The notes beneath the pieces are model-generated. The model was not told the DNA's origin and did no database searches. It saw nothing but the letters and a program-made list of their open reading frames with translations. A stretch of 64,000 nucleotides of DNA from an uncultured Acidobacteriota bacterium (GTDB lineage: Bacteria > Acidobacteriota > Terriglobia > UBA7540). The DNA lies in NCBI GenBank assembly GCA_963804995.1, contig CAWDSK010000004.1:1-64000 (forward strand). The letters run 5' to 3'. Shown piece after piece: positions 30,393 to 39,549 of the stretch (the first letter of the stretch is position 1; the number at the start of each line of letters is the position of its first letter). The translations under genes were made by a program, and so were the position numbers.

Positions 30393-30481
30393 TTCCCTGA
30401 GGCGGAGTGCCTTCATTCTGTTAGCATTAGGAACGTCGGCGAAGTTGAGCTTGCAGATCACTGAGAGGGAGAGGGAAAATC

Positions 30482-31930
30482 ATGAAAGAGATTGGACGGC
30501 GTGGGTTTCTCAAAACTGTGACGGCAGGTTTGGCGTCAGGTCCCGCAATTCTTATGGCGAGTTCCCCCAAGAAAACCGATATGCGGATCGAAACCATCCG
30601 CACGGAATACCAAAAATACAAATACCGTGTGCCCATCAAATTCGGCGGCCTGGTAACCGACCAGATCACCCTGCTCAACGTGTATTGCGAAGCCAGTTCC
30701 GTGGGTGGCAAAACCGCCAAGGGTTTCGGCTCCATGCCGCTCGCCAATACCTGGGCGTTTCCCTCCCGCAAGTTGGCATTTGACGTCACCCTGAACGCCA
30801 TGACGACGCTGGCCGAGCGCATCTCAAAGCTGACCGGAAGTTACAAGGAATATGGCCACCCCATAGACCTCACCTGGGCCCTCGAGCCGCAATACTTGAA
30901 AGCTGCTGATGAGATTTCGCAGGCGCAGAAGCTCATCGAGCCAATTCCCAAACTTTGCACGCTAGTTACCGCCAGCGCGTTTGATGCGGCGCTCCATGAC
31001 GCCTTTGGCAAGCTACACGGGCTTAACTGCTATCACACCTACGGGCCGGAATTCATGACCCACGACCTTGCCTATTACGTGGGGTCTTTGGATAAAGAGA
31101 ATTACAAGGGAGAATATCCCAACAAATACATCCGGCAGGAACCAAAGGCGCGCATGCCGCTCTACCATTTGGTTTCAGCCATCGATCCCTTGGTAGACTC
31201 CGACATCACGCATCACGTCAACGACGGCCTGCCTGAGACGCTTCCCCAGTGGATCAATTACAACGGATTGACCCATTTCAAAATCAAGCTGGACGGCGAC
31301 GACCTGAAATGGGATTCCGAGCGGGTGCTCAGCGTCGACCGCGTGGCCACTGAAGCCGAGAAGAAGCGTGGCACCAAGGATTGGGTTTACTCGCTCGACT
31401 TCAACGAGCGGTGCCCGAACGTCCAGTACCTGGTGGATTTTCTGCACATGGTGAAAGAGAAGTCGCCGGGAGGATTCGAGCGGATCCAGTACGTCGAACA
31501 ACCGACAGCCCGCGACCTTGAAACTCACCGCCAGAACGTAATGTTCGAAGCCGCCAAGCTCAAGCCGGTGGTGATTGACGAATCGCTGACCAGCGTCGAT
31601 GCGCTGATGCTGTCGCGCGAGATGGGCTATTCCGGCGTGGCGCTGAAGGCTTGCAAAGGACAGAGCGCCATGATGATCATCGCGTCGGTGGCAGAGCGGC
31701 ACAAGATGTTTCTATGCGTGCAGGACCTGACTTGCCCCGGCGCTAGCCTGATCCAATCGGCCAGTCTCGCGGCGCACGTCCCCAACGTCAAGGCAATTGA
31801 AGCCAATTCCCGCCAGTTCGTGCCCGCCGCAAACCAGGGTTGGGAAAAGCGTTTCCCAGGTGTCTTCATAATCAAAGACGGCACCATGGATACGTCACAC
31901 CTGAATGGCCCGGGAATCGGCGCGGTATAA
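30482..31930 (+). CDS. Enolase-superfamily (mandelate racemase/MLE-like) enzyme with Tat signal
   Basis: GRRGFLK, HFKIKL, SLDFNE, YVEQP and VVIDES metal ligands. Confidence 0.85.
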   Translation: MKEIGRRGFLKTVTAGLASGPAILMASSPKKTDMRIETIRTEYQKYKYRVPIKFGGLVTDQITLLNVYCEASSVGGKTAKGFGSMPLANTWAFPSRKLAFDVTLNAMTTLAERISKLTGSYKEYGHPIDLTWALEPQYLKAADEISQAQKLIEPIPKLCTLVTASAFDAALHDAFGKLHGLNCYHTYGPEFMTHDLAYYVGSLDKENYKGEYPNKYIRQEPKARMPLYHLVSAIDPLVDSDITHHVNDGLPETLPQWINYNGLTHFKIKLDGDDLKWDSERVLSVDRVATEAEKKRGTKDWVYSLDFNERCPNVQYLVDFLHMVKEKSPGGFERIQYVEQPTARDLETHRQNVMFEAAKLKPVVIDESLTSVDALMLSREMGYSGVALKACKGQSAMMIIASVAERHKMFLCVQDLTCPGASLIQSASLAAHVPNVKAIEANSRQFVPAANQGWEKRFPGVFIIKDGTMDTSHLNGPGIGAV

Positions 31931-32034
31931 AGAAAGCAGGAGACAGGAGCGAGGAGTTAGGAGAAGGGCAATTTTATTTTGACTCATCACTTCTAACTCC
32001 TAACCCCTGGCTCCTTCCGCGGGAGGAATCCGGC

Positions 32035-33782
32035 ATGATTGAATCTCTATCAAGGCGGGAGTTTCTGCAAGTCTCATCCGCGGCGGCCTGGGCGGCAGGC
32101 ACGCTCCCTCTTTCCGCGCATGCGGAGGCTCCAAGGCCTGCCCCTGAGCCCTTCCGCGGCACCTTCTGCCTCTTCTCGAAGCCGGTTCCCCAATTGAGCT
32201 GGCAGGAGTTGGCGCAGAGCGCCAAGCGCGCCGGCTACGGGGGAATTGATTTGACGGTGCGCAGGGAAGGACACGTGCTGCCCCAAAACGTGGTGACCGA
32301 CCTGCCGAAGGCCGCGGCCACCATCCGGGGCGAGGGCATGGAAGTTTCAATGCTTGTCGGGTCGGAGGAGGCGCGCTTGCGCGCTAGCCTCCGTCCGCCG
32401 CTCAAACTGCACGGACGGTTTTCCCGTATGCAGCTTTCACGAAGACATCTCCGGCGGAGACGCGAGCCAAGGGCTACGACTGAGTGGACCCTTCGTCACG
32501 CCCCTCAGGTTGATCCGGGCCGCCAGTATCCTCGGACGGTGATGTACGGGTTTTTCGCTAAGCGAACTGATCCACCTCATCGCCCTTACTCATCTGGCTG
32601 CCCTTCCCGTCCCTCCTGCCTTCGCCCGCCGCCTTCCCCGACCCACTCCGGTCGCCGATCACTCGGTCACGCGGTTTTAGCCGCGCTTCAGGTACTACAC
32701 AGCGGTCCGTCTACTGGCAGAGCATCACTCGCCACTTCGCTTCCGCTTATAGGTCTGCTTACTCCGGCGCCACCCGGAGACCCTGCCAGTCCTCCTGAGG
32801 TCACGCGCTGTTCTTCTGTACCGTGCCATCCGCAAACACCTTGGTGCGGTGGGTGAATGAGAACGCCTTCGCCTCCATAGTGCAGGCTCGACCTTGCCCC
32901 ACCTTTGGCCGACCGGTTCATCATCGGGGCAGCCCCCATTGATTACGGCCCGGTACTTCTCCTCATGCCCTTCGGATTCCACCTCGCGATGGACACCCTG
33001 CCCTCCGGAGTCCTACCAACTGCTCTCCGGCCAGCGAGGCATTACCCCCGCTTTCGGATATGACGCCCCTCATCCGAGCGCCAGAGGGACTTTAACCCTC
33101 CTGAACAGCGTGCTGCTCAGCACACACCACGGAACTTCTGAGCGCCGACGACCCTACGGCTGCTCCCATCCTGAGCACCGCCGCCAAGCTTTCCATTCCT
33201 GTCATCAAACCGGGCTACTACCACTATAAGTTTGTGGATGTGCGAAAAGAACTGGAAGAAGCCGGCAATCAATTCCGCAGCTTGGTAAACCTTGCCAGCC
33301 AGCATGGGGTTCAGGTGGGATTTCATAATCACTCCGGCCACATCGGAGAGGCGCTGTGGGACATTGCGCACGTCATGGATACCCTGGCCCCCAAGTCCGC
33401 CGGATACTATTTCGACCTTGCCCACGCAACCATCGAAGGAGGCCTGGGAGGCTGGAGAGCTTCCGGCAATCTGACCATGCCACGCCTGAAGATGATCTCG
33501 GCCAAAGACTTCTATTGGGATAATTCCGGCCCGCGAGGCTGGCGCATACGTACCCTCCCCCTGGGCGAGGGCATGTGCCACTGGAAGGAGTATCTGAAGT
33601 CCGTGGCGGCATCGAACTTCCAGGGGCTGATTTCGTATCAACTCGAGTACCAGATCGAGGGCGTGTCGGACGACCAGGGCCGAGCCCTCTCGCGTGAGAA
33701 GTGTGACGTGGTCATGGAATCCGCCACCAAGGATCTTGCCACGTTGAAAGCGTTGGTGCGTGAAGCGTACGAAGGGGCGTAA
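32035..33782 (+). pseudogene. Sugar phosphate isomerase/epimerase (xylose-isomerase-like TIM barrel, Tat signal) interrupted by a group II intron
   Basis: Joining 32035-32355 and 33126-33782 gives a continuous frame (GMEVSML|TTELLSADDPTAAPIL). GIDLTVR, FHNHSG, FDLAH and AKDF motifs. Confidence 0.85.
32356..33125 (-). mobile_element. ORF-less group II intron (770 nt), antisense to the host gene
   Basis: 5' end GUGUG. Domain V AGCUGCAUACGG-GAAA-ACCGUCCGUGCAGUU (about 32405-32436). Domain VI ends CCGAC. No RT ORF and no target duplication; exact removal restores the host frame. Confidence 0.92.
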
Positions 33783-34036
33783 AGATAGTCCCTTGAAAAC
33801 ATTTGCCCCGCCGGGATGGCTCGTCCAGGGGGCATTCAGCAATTGATAATACTCAACACCCTCCTCCGAACGCATTGTTGACGTAATGATTCGCTGCAAT
33901 GTTGAGGCAAGGCAAATTGTAAGCGTAGTGGCGATCCACGCTCAGGACTATTCCCCACGCGCTGTAGGCCGGCACTCCTACTTGTAACCCATCTATGACG
34001 ATATACGTCTGTCCAATGCAGGAGCGAGCAACGCCG

Positions 34037-34228
34037 ATGGCCAAGTATCCTCGGGACATTCAACCCCAAGACAGATTCGACGCACGGGAACACGTCGCCT
34101 TGGTTGGCAACGTAACTGATCCGGTCCACAAGCATGCGGGTGGACTCGACAAAGAGGACATTGTCATTCTGGTGCTTTCGGCAATCCTGGTCATCGCGAC
34201 GATTTGGATTGGCACAACGGTTCTGTAA
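34037..34228 (+). CDS. Small membrane protein (63 aa)
   Basis: C-terminal TM segment IVILVLSAILVIATIWIG. No family recognised. Confidence 0.4.
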   Translation: MAKYPRDIQPQDRFDAREHVALVGNVTDPVHKHAGGLDKEDIVILVLSAILVIATIWIGTTVL

Positions 34229-34559
34229 TCCTCGATTCCCATGCATGCCCCCAAGTAAGAATTGGGCTGACTTGGCCAACCGGTTCGCGAATTCCCTCTC
34301 CTCCTGATATTACCTTCCCGCTCATTAAGCCGGCGAACATCAAGATCAGAATCTTCCCCCTTGAACAAATCCTGTGTACTATCACGGACGTGCACCGGGT
34401 TTGGTCAAGACCGGCTGCGAAAGTAGCGCCATTCCAACTTAATGAGGCTATGCATTATGCTATTGTTGAGAAGCGGATTAGCCTGCAATCGAGCTTACAC
34501 GGATTAGTCGCAAAGGCTGGAACAGCACGAGCCCCCACGCGAGGGAGATTACGCCAAAG

Positions 34560-35234
34560 ATGAAGGATTCCGCATTCAGTCGACTGCTCAGAAACATGAG
34601 CTACAAATCGCGGACCAAGAAGTTTGAGTTGTTGAAGAATGTTTTCCACGCCCGGCCCGAAGACTTGGTGCTCGATGTGGGCGCTAGCGGCGAAACGTTT
34701 TTGCAATACACCCTCGAAGACATCTACCCATTCCCCGACCGGATTGTGGCGGGCGGCTACGAGCCTCGTGAAATCCTGGCAGCGCGGCGGCTGTATCCCC
34801 AGGCGCGGTACATGCTCTTTGACGGCTGCGCGCTTCCCTTCCCTGACCAGAGTTTTGACCTGGTGTTTTCGAACGCCGTCATTGAACACATTCTGGGCCC
34901 CGGCCGCCAGGAGAAGTTTGCGCAGGAAATCAGGCGGGTGGGAAAAAGCTGGTTTGTCACCACGCCGAATTATTGGTATCCCTTTGAAAGCCACCATCAT
35001 TTGCCGTTCTTCCAGTTTCTTCCCCACCCGGTGCAGATGCAGTACAACCGTCTACTGGGCACGCACATTCCCAAAGGCACGGTCCAGGAGCTCGGGTTAC
35101 TTTCGGGCCGCCAGTTGCACGCTCTGTTTCCCACTGGCCGCATCGCCAAGGTGCGAGTGACGTTCTGGCCCGAAACCCTGGTGGCCTATTACATCGAAAG
35201 CTCCCGGACTACACAATTGCCGATTGTTGATTGA
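34560..35234 (+). CDS. Class I SAM-dependent methyltransferase
   Basis: VLDVGA, LPFPDQSFDLVFSNAVIEH and TTPNYWYPFE. Confidence 0.9.
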   Translation: MKDSAFSRLLRNMSYKSRTKKFELLKNVFHARPEDLVLDVGASGETFLQYTLEDIYPFPDRIVAGGYEPREILAARRLYPQARYMLFDGCALPFPDQSFDLVFSNAVIEHILGPGRQEKFAQEIRRVGKSWFVTTPNYWYPFESHHHLPFFQFLPHPVQMQYNRLLGTHIPKGTVQELGLLSGRQLHALFPTGRIAKVRVTFWPETLVAYYIESSRTTQLPIVD

Positions 35235-35319
35235 AGGTCGTCAATCGGCAATGGCTTGACCGGCCCTCTGCGCAATGTGAGAATGCAATGGTGATGGCCC
35301 TTCGCCGCGAGGCGCATTT

Positions 35320-36369
35320 ATGTTTAGCGGACTTCCCTGGGGATTGGCATTATCGAGCGGCGTCAATACCTACCTGCCACTTTTCCTCCTCGCCCTCTTC
35401 GCGCGTTTTGGCCACGTGATTCATGTTTCCTCACGCTTCACGTGGCTGGTCTCCGACCAGGCTATTTTCATCCTGGGCCTGCTGGCGCTGTGCGAAATCC
35501 TCGCCCAGAAATTCCCGGTGCTCAACAACCTCTGGGATTTCCTCCACACGCTGCTGCGACCCTTGGCGGGAGCTGTGGCCGCGGGCGCCACCCTGTCGAC
35601 CAACAACACCTTTGAAATCGCCGTGGCCATGCTGATGGGCGGGGCGCTCGCCGCCGCTGCGCACTCCACCAAGTCCAGCCTGCGCCTGATGAGCACCTCC
35701 AAAAGTTTTGGGGCCGCGAACTTCGCCATGAGCCTGGGCGAAGACGCCGGCGTTCTCACCGCCACGCTTCTCTCCGTTTACGCTCCCTACGTCATGTTGG
35801 CCATCGTCATCATCTTCGTGGTGCTGTTTGCTTTCCTGGGGCCGCGCATCTTGCGGACCCTGGTGTTTGACTTGAGTATTGCCGGGTCGGCTTTGGCGGG
35901 GCTCTTCCGATGGGTCTTCCGAAGGAAGTATCCAACAGACCTTAAAGAAAGCCTGTTGGACATTGCGCCGGAGCGGCTTGGCAAGTTCACCGTTCTCTTG
36001 GAGCCGCACGAAGAGTTGCACGGAGCCTTGCCGGGCTGGAAGCGCTCCCAGGGTGGACCGCGCCGCACCTGGGTCCTGCTGACCTCGCGCCGGCTGCTCT
36101 GGATTGAATCGCGCCTTTTCGGTAACTCCAAAGTTCAATCGCTCGACTACTGCGAAATATCCATGGCTAGACATCGCAACATGATCCTTTTCTCGCGCGC
36201 CGAAATCCTGACCCAGGGGAATGAAACCCTTAGCCTGGCAATCGAAAAAGGGCATATCCCTTACGCGAAGATGGCGGTGCAGATGATCTCTCGCCTCGCC
36301 GGCCTTGACGTCCCGAATGATAACCCCGCGCCCCAATCTGCCCCACGGCTTGCCGCGTTACCTCACTGA
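35320..36369 (+). CDS. DUF4126 membrane protein with C-terminal bacterial PH-like domain
   Basis: GLALSSGVNTYLPL, EILAQKFP, HTLLRPLAGA and SLGED. C-terminal VLLTSRRLLW. Confidence 0.8.
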   Translation: MFSGLPWGLALSSGVNTYLPLFLLALFARFGHVIHVSSRFTWLVSDQAIFILGLLALCEILAQKFPVLNNLWDFLHTLLRPLAGAVAAGATLSTNNTFEIAVAMLMGGALAAAAHSTKSSLRLMSTSKSFGAANFAMSLGEDAGVLTATLLSVYAPYVMLAIVIIFVVLFAFLGPRILRTLVFDLSIAGSALAGLFRWVFRRKYPTDLKESLLDIAPERLGKFTVLLEPHEELHGALPGWKRSQGGPRRTWVLLTSRRLLWIESRLFGNSKVQSLDYCEISMARHRNMILFSRAEILTQGNETLSLAIEKGHIPYAKMAVQMISRLAGLDVPNDNPAPQSAPRLAALPH

Positions 36370-36397
36370 GCGTTTGAGAATCGATCGCTCGGCGAGC

Positions 36398-36747
36398 TCA
36401 TGTTCCTGTGCCATCCATCCGATTACCGATGCGGGGGAGTGCGTGTCACGGGCGGGGGCTAGCAATCGGGAGATCGGTTGGTCCGGAGATCGGGTGACCG
36501 AATGATCGGAGCAGCAAGTTACTGCCAGCCTCCGCTCGGCCGAATAGGGCTCATGTTCCGTCATAAACCTGCCGATAACCGAAGCGGGGGAGTGTGTGCC
36601 CGCCGGGACGAAGTCGATCCGGCGTGATTTGCGGATAACGGACCTCTTGGGTGCCACAGCTCGAGCGTCTCTGCGCAGGGCTCCCGGCCCAGCCGTTGCA
36701 AGATCATCCTCAGGAGCCAACCTGCCGATAACAGATGTGGGGAAGTG
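36398..36747 (+). promoter_or_regulatory. Three tandem sigma28-like promoter cassettes at an exact 153-bp period
   Basis: Starts at 36398, 36551 and 36704. Approximate consensus TCATSYTC-N12-(G/T)CCGATWA-CMGAWGYGGGGRAGTG, with divergent sequence between units. Confidence 0.55.
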
Positions 36748-37017
36748 ACAGCCGGGGGCTGAAACAGGCGGCTGCAGCGGATCTGTTTGGTCGGCTGCCC
36801 GGGCCACCCTCAACCTCCCGTCCAACGCCTGTCGCCCTTTCCAGCTTCGCCCCGATCATCACGTCACCCGATTCTTTCAGCCCTGTTCTCGACGGGGGTT
36901 CTTTCGTCTCCCAACTTGAAAGCAGGGCCGCCAGCTTGGTGGGTCAATCCAGGCTGGGGGCCGACGCTTGGTTCGAATTGGGACGGCTTGCTCCATTTTT
37001 CTTCCCATTTTCTTAAC

Positions 37018-37270
37018 TAACTCCCTTTCTTTTCATAAACATCGTGGCAAAAAAACCATAACTTATTTGTTTTCATCAACATCGTTAGACTTGCCAAATT
37101 GTCCGGTCCCCCGCCCATTGTTTTCATACACATCGTTAGACTATCCTGATTGAAATTAGTTGCGCCTTTCTTCCGGCGCCTTTAGATGTAACTACTTGTA
37201 TTTCAACTAGATAGATTCTTACTAAAAAACCTGTTTCCACCCCTAACCGCCTTTTTTTTCATTAACATCT
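37018..37270. repeat. Array of 4-5 degenerate repeats of about 27 bp (TAAC..TTTTCATnAACATCG)
   Basis: TTTTCAT-n-(A/C)ACATC cores at 37030, 37070, 37121 and 37256, with a weaker copy at about 37200. AT-rich island. Confidence 0.75.
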
Positions 37271-38394
37271 TCACAAGCAGCGGGCGCTTCTGGACCTTCT
37301 GCACGCGACGCATGTCGTTTAATCTTCATAAGCAGGTTCGTCAAACGCCAGATTTGGCGAAAGTAGGAGTCTTCCATTCTCTGCATGACCATGGCGGAGA
37401 GATGGGTAGGCGCGATTTCTGCGGCACGTTCATAAGGCGAGGGACCTTTCACGCACTCCCGCAGATTGGCAAGGCGCTCCATCTCGCACAACTCCACCTG
37501 ACGCGTCAGGATGTGCTGCAGAAGTTGGCGCACCCGCTCCCGAGATTCCCATTCCTCCTCCGTAATCTGGGGATAATCGGCCTGCCTTGTATCGGCGGCC
37601 TGCAAATCGGCACTTGCCTCTGTAGCGCCGACCTTGAGGTCGGCACTTACCGGATCGAAGTCCGCCGGCACGTCGCCTTCCTCGTCCGGCGGGGTTTCCG
37701 GCTCCAACCCGAAGCCCCGTTGCCTTTCTTCCTCCCGGGTGAAGGGGGGCAAATTAAAGATGGCTCGGGCCTGAGTCACGACTCGGCGGGCGTTCTCAAG
37801 CTCATCCTCCACTTCACCCGCTTCTTCCGATTCCACAGCCCCCGGCGCCTGAAGCTGGCAGAAGAGTGCGAGAGCGATTTCGCCCAATTCCTTCATGGCT
37901 CCCTCGCGGCGCAAGTTCTTCATTTGCTCGAGGTCTTCGGGCGTGGTGACGTAATATTCCTGTGCCACCGATTGGGCGAGCATCTGCAAAACGGCGGAAT
38001 TCATTTTCAGATTCATCATGTGCGCGTGCAGGCGGGCCTCCCGGCCGCGGTTTGCCTCCTGCGCCTGCCGCACGGCCATGCCCTCCTGCATGCGGTCAAA
38101 ACGCTTCATCCGCCACAGGGCCCGCGCCAGACGCTCCACCAATTCTTCCTCCGAACCGCTGCGGGGGCGCCACTCGCACTGGAGTTTTTCCCGCAGTTCC
38201 CGAAGGTCGGCTGAATCCTCACCCAGGTCGAGCAAGGCGGTTTCTTCCCACTGCGCGTAACGTCCATGGCGCAAGTGCGCGGCGCGGATGCGCTCCACGC
38301 CCTCCGCCGTCTTCGGGCCGTGCGAATGCTTTCGGTTGCGCCGAAGGGCGGCCAGTTTCTTGGCCGTCAGGCGCGGCTTCTTGACCAGTGACAT
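37243..38394 (-). CDS. Hypothetical protein with basic N-terminal RRN..S.GPKT.EG..R...LRHG motif
   Basis: 383 aa, RBS GGAGG before ATG 38394. The N-terminus resembles HGGxSTG-related basic motifs; the remainder is helical and acidic. Confidence 0.75.
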   Translation of the reverse strand: MSLVKKPRLTAKKLAALRRNRKHSHGPKTAEGVERIRAAHLRHGRYAQWEETALLDLGEDSADLRELREKLQCEWRPRSGSEEELVERLARALWRMKRFDRMQEGMAVRQAQEANRGREARLHAHMMNLKMNSAVLQMLAQSVAQEYYVTTPEDLEQMKNLRREGAMKELGEIALALFCQLQAPGAVESEEAGEVEDELENARRVVTQARAIFNLPPFTREEERQRGFGLEPETPPDEEGDVPADFDPVSADLKVGATEASADLQAADTRQADYPQITEEEWESRERVRQLLQHILTRQVELCEMERLANLRECVKGPSPYERAAEIAPTHLSAMVMQRMEDSYFRQIWRLTNLLMKIKRHASRAEGPEAPAACEDVNEKKGG

Positions 38395-38760
38395 AAAACC
38401 TCCAAGGGCGGATACGGGATACAGGATTCGCAAAGGGCGCTCGCTGCCTATCCCGACTTGTCGGGACTCGCAAAAGGCGCTCGCTGCCCAGTGCCTACTG
38501 CTTCTCCCCAACCCCCCAGTACCTAGATTAACATTTACCTTAGGGGTAACCGCAAGTGGAAGATTTACGAGTTGGGCTACCGGTAGCCCAAAAATGCAAG
38601 GCGGGCGACCTATTGTCCGAACGGTGGTTGATTTGGAGGGAGAGGCGGCGGAACCTGTCCCGATCTTATCGGGATGCCGCCATTTGGCGCCGCGCTATAA
38701 CACCCAATTGCCCCCACCAATATTCGGAAAATTGCCAATGACCAAGCACCGAGCCGCCAA

Positions 38761-38882
38761 CTAGTGTAGTGTCCAGGAAATGGCTGGACAACTGGGTTGG
38801 CCGTAGCGCCGGCATCCTGCCGGCAAATGCCGCCAAGATGGCGGCGCTACGATGTCCAGTTAATTACCGGACACTACACTAG
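38761..38882. mobile_element. MITE-like element (122 bp) with CTAG ends
   Basis: 30-bp imperfect IR with the first 14 bp perfect (CTAGTGTAGTGTCC / GGACACTACACTAG). It encloses a GTAGCGCC..GGCGCTAC REP pair. Confidence 0.75.
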
Positions 38883-39066
38883 CAGGCAGCGAATCAGCGA
38901 AACCACAACCAGAAGATCACACCGCTGCTATTCTTGTAATGCAACGAAGAGCACAAAATCCTTGCGAGGAGACTGGGATCTCCCCAATAGCCATGCGGCT
39001 GGTGCGGCCCGTACTCAAAATCCCCCGCATAGTAAGGATTGTTTGTATTTTCAAGGACCTTCTCGG

Positions 39067-39431
39067 TCAGTTGTAGGTCTGAATCGTAGCCGTGATGAGG
39101 TCTTCCGTGGTGCGTCTTCCGGGGCGCGGAACGCGCGGCCAGGGACCTTCATTCCAAAAGACGTTCTTATCCTTATAAATGTTGGAGGTCATGAAGGCGC
39201 GAAAATCAATGGGGTCGCGACAGAGCACGAATGCCCCATTGAAGAAATCCGGATAGAAAACCTGCATGGCCAACGCTTCCCATCCAACTGTTTGGCGCGC
39301 AGTTGTTGGGCGAATGAGATTTCGATGCGCAGTCCCGCAACGTTGGTGGGCGTTTGTGCGTGGAGCGGGAGGAGACTGAGCGGCGCCAATATGCAGAGCC
39401 ACAGTAAACGAGCGGCCGAGAAGGAGGTCAT
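39067..39431 (-). pseudogene. Internally deleted secreted esterase/alpha-beta hydrolase remnant
   Basis: Signal peptide plus LRIEISF..LDG in one frame, switching to GWEALAMQVFYPDFFNGAF..DPIDFRAF in another, then truncated. Confidence 0.6.
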
Positions 39432-39549
39432 CTCCTCAACACCACCCCGGCGCTCGGCGCGCCACCCCTCCTGATTTCCGTGGCGCTCCGAGCGCCGGAG
39501 TGGTTATAGCGAGGCCACACGGCAGCGCCGGGGTGGTTACGGTGTGGCT

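Noticed and set aside
31840..32982. ORF extensions and short ORFs across the intron
   Set aside because: Read-through into, or chance ORFs within, intron RNA. No RT (YADD) or maturase motifs.
36358..36825. Minus-strand ORF with three HSPASVIG-like peptide repeats at a 51-aa period
   Set aside because: The same DNA motif occurs in unrelated non-coding contexts on the other strand, and the variable N12 fits a promoter spacer. Coding is not fully excluded, because the period is a multiple of 3 and several changes are synonymous.
37018..37270. CRISPR array
   Set aside because: Repeats are degenerate, spacing is irregular, and there are no cas genes in the window.
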